Below, in pieces: positions 56,215 to 64,000 of a stretch of 64,000 bases of DNA (position 1 is its first letter; every line of letters begins with the position of its first letter). A model generated the notes under the pieces. That model had not been told where the DNA came from. It was given only the letters and a program-made list of their open reading frames with translations, and ran no database searches. The position numbers were made by a program, and so were the translations under genes. Location: NCBI GenBank assembly GCA_037574385.1, contig GCA_037574385.1_4529.1. One strand, written 5' to 3'. The DNA is from a phage.

Positions 56215-58028
56215 TGGTGTTTAACCCTATGCATGATTTCTTTATTTTTACCGAGATTAAATCCGCGTTCGTTCGGATTTCCCAAATAACCGCACGTTCT
56301 TCTTATTGTGTTCATCTTTTTAGGATCAGTTTCTCCGCAAACTGAACAAACAAATCCGTTTTCAGTAGGAGTCATTTCATGGGTACTTCCGCATGTAAAA
56401 CATTTATCCACTGGCATATTAACACCAAAATAATCTAAATGTTGTGCAGCATAATCCCAGACGGCCTCAAGTCCTTTTAAGTTATTTTTCATATCAGGAA
56501 GTTCAACATAAGAAATGTGACCACCTGTCGCAATGAAATGATATGGCGCTTCACGAGAAATCTTTTCAAACGGAGTAATATTTTCTTCTACTGAAACGTG
56601 GAAACTATTAGTGTACCAGCCTTTATCGGTAACATCTTTTACACTTCCGTATTTTTCTGTATCAAGTTTACAGAAGCGATAACAAAGGTTTTCAGCAGGA
56701 GTCGAATATAAACTAAAAGCAAATCCAGTTCTTTCAGTCCACTGTTTAAGATGAGCATTCATTTTAGTTAAAATTTCTTGCCCAATATCACGACCGACAA
56801 GAATATTCAATTCGTGAATACCAATGTATCCCAAAGACACTGAACTTCTACCGTTTTTAAATAACTCAATTATGTCGTCATCAGGTTTAAGACGAACACC
56901 GAATGCACCTTCTTGGTAAAGAATAGGAGCAACAGTCGCTTTAACTCCTTTTAAGGAACTAATTCTACACATCAAGGCTTCAAAACACAGATCCATTCGT
57001 TCATTGAATAATTCAACAAATTTCTGTTCATTGAACTGTGTTCCAATATAAGAATCTAATGCGATACGAGGAAGATTCAGCGTTACAACACCTAGATTAT
57101 TACGCCCATCAAGAATTTCATTACCGGTTGAATCTTTCCACACACTCAAGAAACTACGGCAACCCATTGGAGAAACTGGAACTGAAGAACCGGTAATAAC
57201 TTTGTTATTCTTAACCGAAATGATGTCAGGATACATTCTTTTGCTTGCACATTCTAAAGCAAGCTGCTTAATATCATAGTTCGGGTCGTCTTTATAAAGA
57301 TTAACACCTTCTTCAATGAACATAACAAGTTTAGGGAAAATAGGAGTTATCCCATCACGTCCAAGACCTTTAATCCGATTTTTCAGAATTGCTTTCTGAA
57401 TCATTCGTTCAGTCCAATCGGTTCCCATGCCAAATGTAATTGTTACAAAAGGCGTTTGTCCATTTGAACTAAAGAGAGTATTTACTTCATATTCATAAGC
57501 TTGGAATGCATCGTATACGTCTTTTTCTGTTTTAGATTGAGCATAATTCAACGCATCAGCGATTTGCCATTTTTCTGCATCTTCAACATGTTTAGCGTAT
57601 GTGCGTTTAACATAAGGAGAAAGAACTTTATCGACATTCGCAAATGTAGTTCCGCCATACTGATGTGAAGCAACTTGTGCGGTAATTTGTGCCATAATTG
57701 CAGTAGCAACACCAATTGATTTAGGCGTTTCAATTTGAGCATTGCCTAATTTAAATCCATTCTCAAGCATCCCCTTTAAATCGACTAAACAGCAATTAGT
57801 AAATGGAAGAGCAGGAGAATAATCAATATCATGCATGTGGATAATTCCACTTTCATGCGCATTCATAATAAAAGACGGGACCATATTTTTGGCAATGTGC
57901 TTAGACACAATACCAGCCATAAGGTCCCGTTGAGTTGGAAAAACACGAGAATCTTTATTAGCATTCTCGTTCAAAAGATCTTTATTAGTTTTATGAATTA
58001 ATCCTTCAATTTCTTTTTCAATTTTCAT
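56211..58028 (-). CDS. nrdD: anaerobic ribonucleoside-triphosphate reductase NrdD
   Basis: 605 aa; C-terminal zinc site (C..C...C..C) and glycyl-radical motif RTCGYLG; uninterrupted (no intron). Confidence 0.95.
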   Translation of the reverse strand: MKIEKEIEGLIHKTNKDLLNENANKDSRVFPTQRDLMAGIVSKHIAKNMVPSFIMNAHESGIIHMHDIDYSPALPFTNCCLVDLKGMLENGFKLGNAQIETPKSIGVATAIMAQITAQVASHQYGGTTFANVDKVLSPYVKRTYAKHVEDAEKWQIADALNYAQSKTEKDVYDAFQAYEYEVNTLFSSNGQTPFVTITFGMGTDWTERMIQKAILKNRIKGLGRDGITPIFPKLVMFIEEGVNLYKDDPNYDIKQLALECASKRMYPDIISVKNNKVITGSSVPVSPMGCRSFLSVWKDSTGNEILDGRNNLGVVTLNLPRIALDSYIGTQFNEQKFVELFNERMDLCFEALMCRISSLKGVKATVAPILYQEGAFGVRLKPDDDIIELFKNGRSSVSLGYIGIHELNILVGRDIGQEILTKMNAHLKQWTERTGFAFSLYSTPAENLCYRFCKLDTEKYGSVKDVTDKGWYTNSFHVSVEENITPFEKISREAPYHFIATGGHISYVELPDMKNNLKGLEAVWDYAAQHLDYFGVNMPVDKCFTCGSTHEMTPTENGFVCSVCGETDPKKMNTIRRTCGYLGNPNERGFNLGKNKEIMHRVKHQ

Positions 58029-58498
58029 TTTAAACTCTTTCTAAGCTGCTTTTTGAATGAAGATATTAATTGTGTTTTAGTATCAGATTCATTATATTCA
58101 AATCCTCTTTGAAGCATCTCAGCCATCATTTCCTCTTTACCTAGTCTTGAGAACTCTTTAGTTTTGTCTGGAACAAAATTAGGATGGATATTATTATCAG
58201 AATAATCTTGTTTCAAATAAGCAAGAAGAGCTTCAAGCCATTCGAGGTAATCAACGTTTTGACCTTTCAAACCGGAACGGTTGAACTTATGCTTCATTTG
58301 ACCTTCTGCTGCGTTGCACAGATTACAGAGTAATCCACGAACTCTACCGGCTTTTGGCCCGTTTAATTCATGGTCGTGGTCAAGATGGTTACCTTGAACA
58401 TCAGAGTCTAATTCACGGCGGCAAATAGGACACTTACCGTTCTGTGCATCATAAAATTTTTGTTTTTCTTCTTTATATTTTGCGCCTGATAATAACAT
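58025..58498 (-). CDS. 49: endonuclease VII (gp49), Holliday-junction resolvase
   Basis: 157 aa; ...KEEKQKFYDAQNGKC.IC.REL..DVQ.NHLDHDHELNGPKAG.VRGLLCNLCNAAEGQMKHKFNRSGLKGQ.VDYLEWLE matches T4 EndoVII. Confidence 0.95.
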   Translation of the reverse strand: MLLSGAKYKEEKQKFYDAQNGKCPICRRELDSDVQGNHLDHDHELNGPKAGRVRGLLCNLCNAAEGQMKHKFNRSGLKGQNVDYLEWLEALLAYLKQDYSDNNIHPNFVPDKTKEFSRLGKEEMMAEMLQRGFEYNESDTKTQLISSFKKQLRKSLK

Positions 58499-58503
58499 GA
58501 TAA

Positions 58504-58535
58504 ACCCTTACCTTAAATAGATAAGGGTATTTATA
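58504..58535 (-). promoter_or_regulatory. late promoter TATAAATA overlapping an RBS-sequestering hairpin upstream of gene 49
   Basis: Minus strand TATAAATA (plus 58528-58535) followed by ACCCTTA...TAAGGGT stem, ~30 nt upstream of ATG. Confidence 0.55.
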
Positions 58536-58537
58536 AT

Positions 58538-58735
58538 TTAGTAAACTTTATAAAAGTTACGATGAGAACGTTTAGCTTTGCGAAGCTGACGTTTAGTAGG
58601 ACGAACTGTAAATGGTTGTCCAGAGAAAAAATTCGGATCGGTTTTAATAAGCAAATACCAATCATGCTTGCCATTTTTTAATAAACGGTACAATAATTTA
58701 ACTTGCATAATAATCTCTTCCCATTTCCATATCAA
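58538..58735 (-). CDS. hypothetical basic protein (65 aa)
   Basis: ORF upstream of gene 49. Confidence 0.45.
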   Translation of the reverse strand: MIWKWEEIIMQVKLLYRLLKNGKHDWYLLIKTDPNFFSGQPFTVRPTKRQLRKAKRSHRNFYKVY

Positions 58736-58836
58736 TTAATTCATTTATTGAAGGTTCATCATAACATGGTTCTTCGTCGTTGTAAACTGTTTCGACGTCT
58801 GGCTCGACTGTCTCCCATCGAGCAGAATACCACGGT

Positions 58837-59046
58837 TTAACCCCGGAGTTTATTGAGCTCTTCATAATCAATCCAGGATTCTAGCCCAGATGGCAAATCA
58901 GATTCAATTTCCCAAAGAAGCTCTTCAATTTTCTGAAGACGATCTAATTCTTCAACAGGAATAGTAACCATTGATGGAGCTCTTGCTGCACTAATATCGT
59001 ATATCATATTTACCCCAGTTTGACCATACAATCGCCGTATTTCCAC
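58837..59046 (-). CDS. hypothetical protein (69 aa)
   Basis: ORF in operon orientation. Confidence 0.45.
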   Translation of the reverse strand: MEIRRLYGQTGVNMIYDISAARAPSMVTIPVEELDRLQKIEELLWEIESDLPSGLESWIDYEELNKLRG

Positions 59047-59225
59047 TTAGAAATAGACTTTTCGCCATTAGAATAATAAACTTCTAGTTTAGCACGATTA
59101 TTTTTAATTTGAATAATCTTTGCTGTCATCAAAGTTCCATACCCATAATAAACTGCAACTTCGTCACCTACATATACTGCGTTTCCACGGTAGTCATGGA
59201 TATAATCAGTTCCTTCAAGCATCAT
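59010..59225 (-). CDS. hypothetical protein (71 aa)
   Basis: ORF in operon orientation; overlaps neighbour. Confidence 0.45.
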   Translation of the reverse strand: MMLEGTDYIHDYRGNAVYVGDEVAVYYGYGTLMTAKIIQIKNNRAKLEVYYSNGEKSISKWKYGDCMVKLG

Positions 59226-59485
59226 TTAAAATATTCTCGCAGTTGGTCAAATCCACCAATGTGACTTCCGTCAGGAGCAAATACTTGAGGCATAGTCAAT
59301 CCAACTTGTGATTCACGTCCAAGCTTAACCAAAAGCTCAGTAATTTTCTCATCGTCGAACACACCTTTTTCCGGCATAACATTAATGAATTCGAACGGCT
59401 GTTTCTTAACAGTCAACAATCGTTTCGCATTATCACAATAAATGCATTTATGAATAGTAGAGTCATACCCGTACACTTTAAACAT
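59222..59485 (-). CDS. nrdC: glutaredoxin-like thioredoxin NrdC (start at MFKVYGY)
   Basis: MFKVYGYDS.IHKC.YCDNAKRLLTVKKQPFEFIN.MPEKGVFDDEKI.ELL.KLGR..Q.GLTMPQVFAPDGSHIGGFDQLREYFK matches T4 NrdC; track ORF begins 18 nt upstream (to 59503). Confidence 0.9.
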   Translation of the reverse strand: MFKVYGYDSTIHKCIYCDNAKRLLTVKKQPFEFINVMPEKGVFDDEKITELLVKLGRESQVGLTMPQVFAPDGSHIGGFDQLREYFK

Positions 59486-59891
59486 TATTTTTCCTTTCGT
59501 CAATTAAGCAATTAACACCCAATACAATACATGTAATAAAACCTGTGATACAGATAGAAACTAACAACACTGTACCAAAGAACCAAATCAGGTTATCTTT
59601 ACTATTTTGTTGAATATCCATCTCGCGAATTTCTATAGCTATCGTATCACCTTTATTCAGAAGCGTATAAAACGATGGTGATACATGCCTGTCAAAAACT
59701 CGTCCTTGCTCATCTTTATAGACTGCAATAAATTCTAATTTAGAATATTTTCCTGTAGATTGGCCTGAGATTAATTCCACTACCTCCACAGGAATTACTT
59801 TAGTTTCCATATAAGTATTCTGGCTGTTCCAAATGAATGGAATAATGGCAAAAACTAAAGCTGCAATAAAACAACGAAGACTATATCTCAT
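59478..59891 (-). CDS. membrane protein (137 aa, N- and C-terminal TM segments)
   Basis: Hydrophobic termini; operon orientation. Confidence 0.5.
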   Translation of the reverse strand: MRYSLRCFIAALVFAIIPFIWNSQNTYMETKVIPVEVVELISGQSTGKYSKLEFIAVYKDEQGRVFDRHVSPSFYTLLNKGDTIAIEIREMDIQQNSKDNLIWFFGTVLLVSICITGFITCIVLGVNCLIDERKNNV

Positions 59892-60196
59892 TATAATGTT
59901 CTCTCAAATTTGTGGAAGCATTTACGGCATTTCAATTTCAGGTTATCAGTGGTCCAGTTAACCAATTGAACCTGAATAGTTCCACATTCCGGACACGGAT
60001 GTTTTGCTGCCGATTTGGCAGCATTTTCACGTCGTTCAACCATTTTCATTATTTCGTTCCATGCCGGAGGAACGAACTCTTCTTTACCATGAATTTTATC
60101 TCGCTGAACAAATTCAATCTTTGAACTATCGTCAATAAACTTAACTAAGCTGTGATTAGTGTTCATATCAATATCCTCTAAAAGACGTAGTTTCAT
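59891..60196 (-). CDS. zinc-ribbon protein (101 aa)
   Basis: CPECG ... CRKC four-Cys pattern in C-terminal half. Confidence 0.5.
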   Translation of the reverse strand: MKLRLLEDIDMNTNHSLVKFIDDSSKIEFVQRDKIHGKEEFVPPAWNEIMKMVERRENAAKSAAKHPCPECGTIQVQLVNWTTDNLKLKCRKCFHKFERTL

Positions 60197-61146
60197 TATA
60201 ACACCTCAATGGCATTTCGTAAACCATCCGCTTTCGCATTCAGAGCTTTTAACGATTTAGTTTGTTCTTTAATCTGGGCTTCGACTTCTTTCAGACGAGA
60301 TTTGAGATATTCACGTTCTTCTCTTAAGTTATCAACTTTTTCTGCTTTAGGCTCTTTAATAGGCTTAGGCTTATACTCGTTAGGGTTCTTCAGTTTAATT
60401 TTAATTCGAGAACTGAATAACATTGAACCGTTATCTTCGGTTTCGTCGAACATTTCAACAACATCCATAGTCTGTAACATCATGCGAAGTTTATAAGACA
60501 GAGAACGAACGGTTTTATTGTGCTTCTTAATTTCTTCAGCTTTCATGGTACCGAGATTACGTGAGTAGTAATAAGGAACCTGGATATCAATTGATAACGA
60601 CGCGGTGCCATTACCAGTTGGTTTGAATACTGCAGTAACCCAATCTTTAACATGAACTTTATTTGTACGATCATCGCCGCCTGTGAATAATTTACATGAA
60701 TGTTTAAAAAGCATATTCACTTGGTTATTGAATTCACAAGCAAATTTATCAGCAAATTTAGTTTCAGGAATGGTAGATAACCAATCAGCCAAATGAGTCT
60801 TTTTAACATCATTAACAATAGTGAATTCAACCAAATCGGTTTTAGATGTCACAGATTTAATAAAGCTCGGCTTCATAAAGTTTTTAATGTTATCGCGAGC
60901 TACAGTAGAAGATAATAAACGAGAACGTTTGAACCATTGAAGCAGTGTCCCTAATGAATGAGAATACGCATTCTGAGTATCTTTACAGATATGATTTTCT
61001 TGGCCTGTGTATGTACCAAAATCGCGAAGAATACCACTTACTACATCTCGGTGTGGAACATCAAATCCTAGTGCACCAGTAGCGCGCTGAGCATGAACGT
61101 TAGCGATAAGACCGGCAAAGTATTCAATGTAATGTGAACGTGTCAT
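60196..61146 (-). CDS. hypothetical protein with C-terminal coiled coil (316 aa)
   Basis: Globular N-domain plus heptad-like C-terminus (LREEREYLKSRLKEVEAQIKEQTKSLKALNAKADGL); own promoter repeat upstream. Confidence 0.6.
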   Translation of the reverse strand: MTRSHYIEYFAGLIANVHAQRATGALGFDVPHRDVVSGILRDFGTYTGQENHICKDTQNAYSHSLGTLLQWFKRSRLLSSTVARDNIKNFMKPSFIKSVTSKTDLVEFTIVNDVKKTHLADWLSTIPETKFADKFACEFNNQVNMLFKHSCKLFTGGDDRTNKVHVKDWVTAVFKPTGNGTASLSIDIQVPYYYSRNLGTMKAEEIKKHNKTVRSLSYKLRMMLQTMDVVEMFDETEDNGSMLFSSRIKIKLKNPNEYKPKPIKEPKAEKVDNLREEREYLKSRLKEVEAQIKEQTKSLKALNAKADGLRNAIEVL

Positions 61147-61174
61147 AATATTTTCCTCTCGTTAAGATAGATTC

Positions 61175-61203
61175 ATTATACTCCAACCATCCTTGGTTGT
61201 AAA
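61175..61203 (-). promoter_or_regulatory. early promoter-hairpin repeat
   Basis: Identical to the 20363-20392 copy (ATTATACTCCAACCATCCTTGGTTGTAAA). Confidence 0.55.
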
Positions 61204-61208
61204 CTGAT

Positions 61209-62165
61209 TTATGATTTTAATGCATTCATTGCGTTAAAAAGTTTAGAGTACTGCAACTGGAGATTGGTCACCACCTGTTGAGCATCACGAAGCTTAGCTT
61301 GTGCCTTATCAAGTTCAACAGACAGTTGGTCTACAGTAGCCTTGATTTGATTGTAATGATAATCTTCAGCCGGAAGAAGGTCATTAGAAACATTTAGTTT
61401 TGCTGCCGACAGTTTGCACACATTTGGCAAACCTTTAAACATACCAGATTGTGCTGGAGAATATGCGCCTAGAACCTCTGCATTACCGACTGGTGTTGAT
61501 GTAATATTGCCTTCGAACGTTGCATTTTCCTTTTTAAGATTTTTATAATATTCAGAGTCTTTGTGCCACCATGGTGCAGGAACCTTTTTACCAATAGATA
61601 CACGAGCCTGGATAGCGATATGGCCCTTATTCTTGATAGGGTCGATAATATTAAGCTCACGAGAATAAATTGCTTTAATCTGGTGGATATTATCACCTAA
61701 AACTTCCAACGCTTGGTGGAATACACGAGCAACGTTATCATTCTTAGGTTTATACGTAAGAGTGAACTCGTTCTCACTGATAACCATGGTTTCTAACTTA
61801 TCGTAAGTATATTTCAAATGCTTCATGTTAATTGCTTGAGGACGAATACGAGAAGCAATGGCCATCAGATTGTTAAGGTTATTTCTGAACTGTTTAGCAA
61901 AATATTGTCCATAACCGCCAATACAAAAATTACGAAGTTTCTGTTTGGCCAGTAAACGACTGAACTCACCGTTTTTAATGAACTCTTTAACGGGTGTGTT
62001 AGTAACACATTCAAATTGAGTAAACTTACGAGAAGTAATCCCATAATATGAACAGATTTCCTCAATCTCTTCAGGAGTCTTTACAGGCATACGGATAGGA
62101 TTAGGTCCTGGAGTATATGCGTTCGAGGTAAATTCTTTGATAAGTTCTCTACGTGTAATAGCCAT
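61209..62165 (-). CDS. hypothetical protein with C-terminal coiled coil (start moved to MAITRREL)
   Basis: Track N-terminus (MMYNQGWLEYNNF) is translated promoter repeat; C-terminal LSVELDKAQAKLRDAQQVVTNLQLQYSKL coiled coil. Confidence 0.6.
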   Translation of the reverse strand: MAITRRELIKEFTSNAYTPGPNPIRMPVKTPEEIEEICSYYGITSRKFTQFECVTNTPVKEFIKNGEFSRLLAKQKLRNFCIGGYGQYFAKQFRNNLNNLMAIASRIRPQAINMKHLKYTYDKLETMVISENEFTLTYKPKNDNVARVFHQALEVLGDNIHQIKAIYSRELNIIDPIKNKGHIAIQARVSIGKKVPAPWWHKDSEYYKNLKKENATFEGNITSTPVGNAEVLGAYSPAQSGMFKGLPNVCKLSAAKLNVSNDLLPAEDYHYNQIKATVDQLSVELDKAQAKLRDAQQVVTNLQLQYSKLFNAMNALKS

Positions 62166-62192
62166 TTTATATTCCTCATGTTGAAAAAAATT

Positions 62193-62222
62193 ATTATACT
62201 CCAACCATCCTTGGTTGTACAT
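62193..62222 (-). promoter_or_regulatory. early promoter-hairpin repeat
   Basis: ATTATACTCCAACCATCCTTGGTTGTACA; same element with -35 variant. Confidence 0.55.
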
Positions 62223-63217
62223 CATTCCTTAAGAAGTTTTACTACCTGAATAAGATTAGCTCGTTCTGTTTTATTTTTACCGTTCAGTCCGGCCAATCGC
62301 GAGATTTCATCGTCAGTTTGTTGAATAGTTACATTAAGTTCATTAATCAAAGCTTCAAAGTATTTGATTTGCTCAGCATGTTTTGATTCAAATTTCTGAA
62401 CCGGAATAACGTCTTGGTTCAGTTCATCAATAAGGTCTTTAAGAGCATCTTCTTGGTTGATATCATATTCAACTTCTTTTATTTCTTCAACGAGCTCGTC
62501 TTTATATCTAACGTCTTTTAGTCCTGGTGCTGGTCCTGAAATCTCTTCTTTAAGAGTACAAACATATCCAATACGGTATCCAGTTCCGTCTCGCTTGATA
62601 TCAACTTCGTCGATAAATCCACAATGTTTAAGTCCAGAGCCGATTATGTCAAAATATCCTTGACGTCGTCCTTCAAACGTTACACGAACTACTAAGACAG
62701 TTTTGCCACCAACCTTTTGAAGCTCACATTTATAAAAGTCTGTTGAACCTGAATAACGTGGATGAGTTTTAAAGTTCATCTGACGATCTAAGCCCATTTG
62801 TAAACGTGCTGTTACGGCCATAAAACGTGTTTGGTTCTCGTTAAGATGAGCAACGATCCATTTCAAAGGCATTTTACACTGTTCACGTCCGAACAAATCA
62901 GTACGTCCTAGATTACGCAGGATGTTGTTAGAGTTAATCATCGACAGAACGTTAAGTTTATTCAGCGCGCTGAAGATTCCATCAGCCATTGATTTTCCAT
63001 AACCTTTACACGCTTTAATAAGTGCTCGCGGCAGATTAGCATAGATTTCGGACGGCATATGAAAATCAAATTTACTAGTCAGTAATTGATGAACTTGGAT
63101 AGCAATTTGCTCATAATTAAGTGCTCTGCGATCGTTATGGTCTTTAAACCACACTTTAATCTGTGAAGCACATAAACCGTTAATTTCATGTTTTACCGCA
63201 TCAGATGTAATGCTCAT
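62222..63217 (-). CDS. hypothetical protein with long C-terminal coiled coil (331 aa)
   Basis: C-terminal ~100 aa highly charged heptad-like; preceded by variant promoter-hairpin (ATTATAACCCGTCCTTGGGTAAA). Confidence 0.6.
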   Translation of the reverse strand: MSITSDAVKHEINGLCASQIKVWFKDHNDRRALNYEQIAIQVHQLLTSKFDFHMPSEIYANLPRALIKACKGYGKSMADGIFSALNKLNVLSMINSNNILRNLGRTDLFGREQCKMPLKWIVAHLNENQTRFMAVTARLQMGLDRQMNFKTHPRYSGSTDFYKCELQKVGGKTVLVVRVTFEGRRQGYFDIIGSGLKHCGFIDEVDIKRDGTGYRIGYVCTLKEEISGPAPGLKDVRYKDELVEEIKEVEYDINQEDALKDLIDELNQDVIPVQKFESKHAEQIKYFEALINELNVTIQQTDDEISRLAGLNGKNKTERANLIQVVKLLKE

Positions 63218-63279
63218 AACTATTTCCTCAGATTGAATTGGAACTCAAAACCATTATAACCCGTCCTTGGGTAAAGCGT

Positions 63280-63807
63280 TTATGCGTGAACCGTCTTTAA
63301 ACGTTCTTCAAATTTCCGAAGAGTACTAATACGTTCTGATTTCTGTTTTGTGTAGTTTGCAATACGTTCTGAAGTGAGAGCGTATCGTTCGTTTACTGTT
63401 TCTTTCATGAAGTCAGGGATTTCACGAGAAGCTTTAATTTCATCAAACTTATCGATTACTGCCTGGTCTTCAGCGATTAAATTTTCGTACATCTCGATAT
63501 CTTTCTTGATAAACTCGATATCTTCCTGGGTTACTTTGGATAAACGAGATGCTTTATCCTTTTTGTACTGCTCGTTAGTTTCACGAGACCAGAATAATGT
63601 ACGTTTTTTATTAGTGTTTTTGTAGACTTCCACAATTCCAACCGAATCGATGATAACAATCCAATTCCAGCGAGATTTGAAAATCTGACCTCCGTCCACG
63701 GTAATCTCGTTACCATAAGCAACGTCATTAAAGAACTTGCTTTGTGCTTCAGATTTAAATTTACCGTCGTTATAATTTACCAGGTTGAAAATATCTTTAG
63801 CGTTCAT
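63280..63807 (-). CDS. hypothetical coiled-coil protein (175 aa)
   Basis: Charged helical C-terminal half; preceded by promoter/hairpin region 63811-63850. Confidence 0.55.
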   Translation of the reverse strand: MNAKDIFNLVNYNDGKFKSEAQSKFFNDVAYGNEITVDGGQIFKSRWNWIVIIDSVGIVEVYKNTNKKRTLFWSRETNEQYKKDKASRLSKVTQEDIEFIKKDIEMYENLIAEDQAVIDKFDEIKASREIPDFMKETVNERYALTSERIANYTKQKSERISTLRKFEERLKTVHA

Positions 63808-64000
63808 GTTTTACCTCCAGTAGTTGATAGGTCTATAATAACATAACCATAGACCTTGTAAACAACTAAAAGAAACTTTTTTCGGTATTTTTTCCACTGA
63901 ACCAAACAGACTTCGGGATTTTTTGTAATTTTTCAGATTTAAGTTTCTCTTCCTGTTCTTTCTTATATACACCCTTGTCGTACTGGAGCATCTCTATGGC

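Noticed and set aside
1-64000. CRISPR array, tRNA/rRNA genes, group I introns, homing endonucleases (GIY-YIG/HNH mob/seg)
   Set aside because: No spaced direct-repeat arrays; no cloverleaf-like candidates noticed in intergenic gaps (the T4 tRNA cluster lies elsewhere); nrdD is uninterrupted; no GIY-YIG or H-N-H motifs recognised. Based on reading only, not on tRNAscan/Infernal.

Overview
This window is a contiguous block of a T4-like (T-even) myophage genome. The gp43 polymerase (903 aa) and RegA match my memory of phage RB69 closely, so I think it is RB69 or a very near relative; I cannot run a search, so this is recollection. Plus strand at the left edge: late genes 37 (5' truncated), 38 (T2-type adhesin) and t (holin). 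The other ~60 kb is minus-strand early/middle genes in T4 order: asiA, motA, 52, ndd, denB, rIIB, rIIA, 39 (fused with 60), dexA, dda, srd, mod, soc, 56, 61, sp, 41, 40, uvsX, 43, regA, 62, 44, 45, rpbA, 46, 47, 55, nrdG, nrdD, 49, nrdC. Main finding: where T4 carries beta-gt/42/imm (between uvsX and 43) there is an 8-gene cassette encoding a likely free-sugar to NDP-sugar pathway (SIS arabinose-5-phosphate isomerase, small HAD phosphatase, nucleotidyltransferase fused to an APH-type anomeric kinase), a divergent thymidylate-synthase-family hydroxymethylase, a P-loop kinase and two unknown proteins. A GT-B glycosyltransferase sits separately between rIIA.1 and 39, flanked by hairpins. I read this as a split DNA hypermodification system (arabinosyl-hmC type); the chemistry is reported for RB69-like phages but the gene-level assignments here are my inference. 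The window is also dense in regulatory RNA structure: UUCG-tetraloop terminators, near-identical early promoter-hairpin repeats with compensatory stem changes, hairpins that sequester ribosome-binding sites, and three TATAAATA late promoters. No tRNA, rRNA, CRISPR array, intron or homing endonuclease was recognised. Coordinates of sub-threshold ORFs and hairpins were counted by hand and may be off by 1-2 nt.
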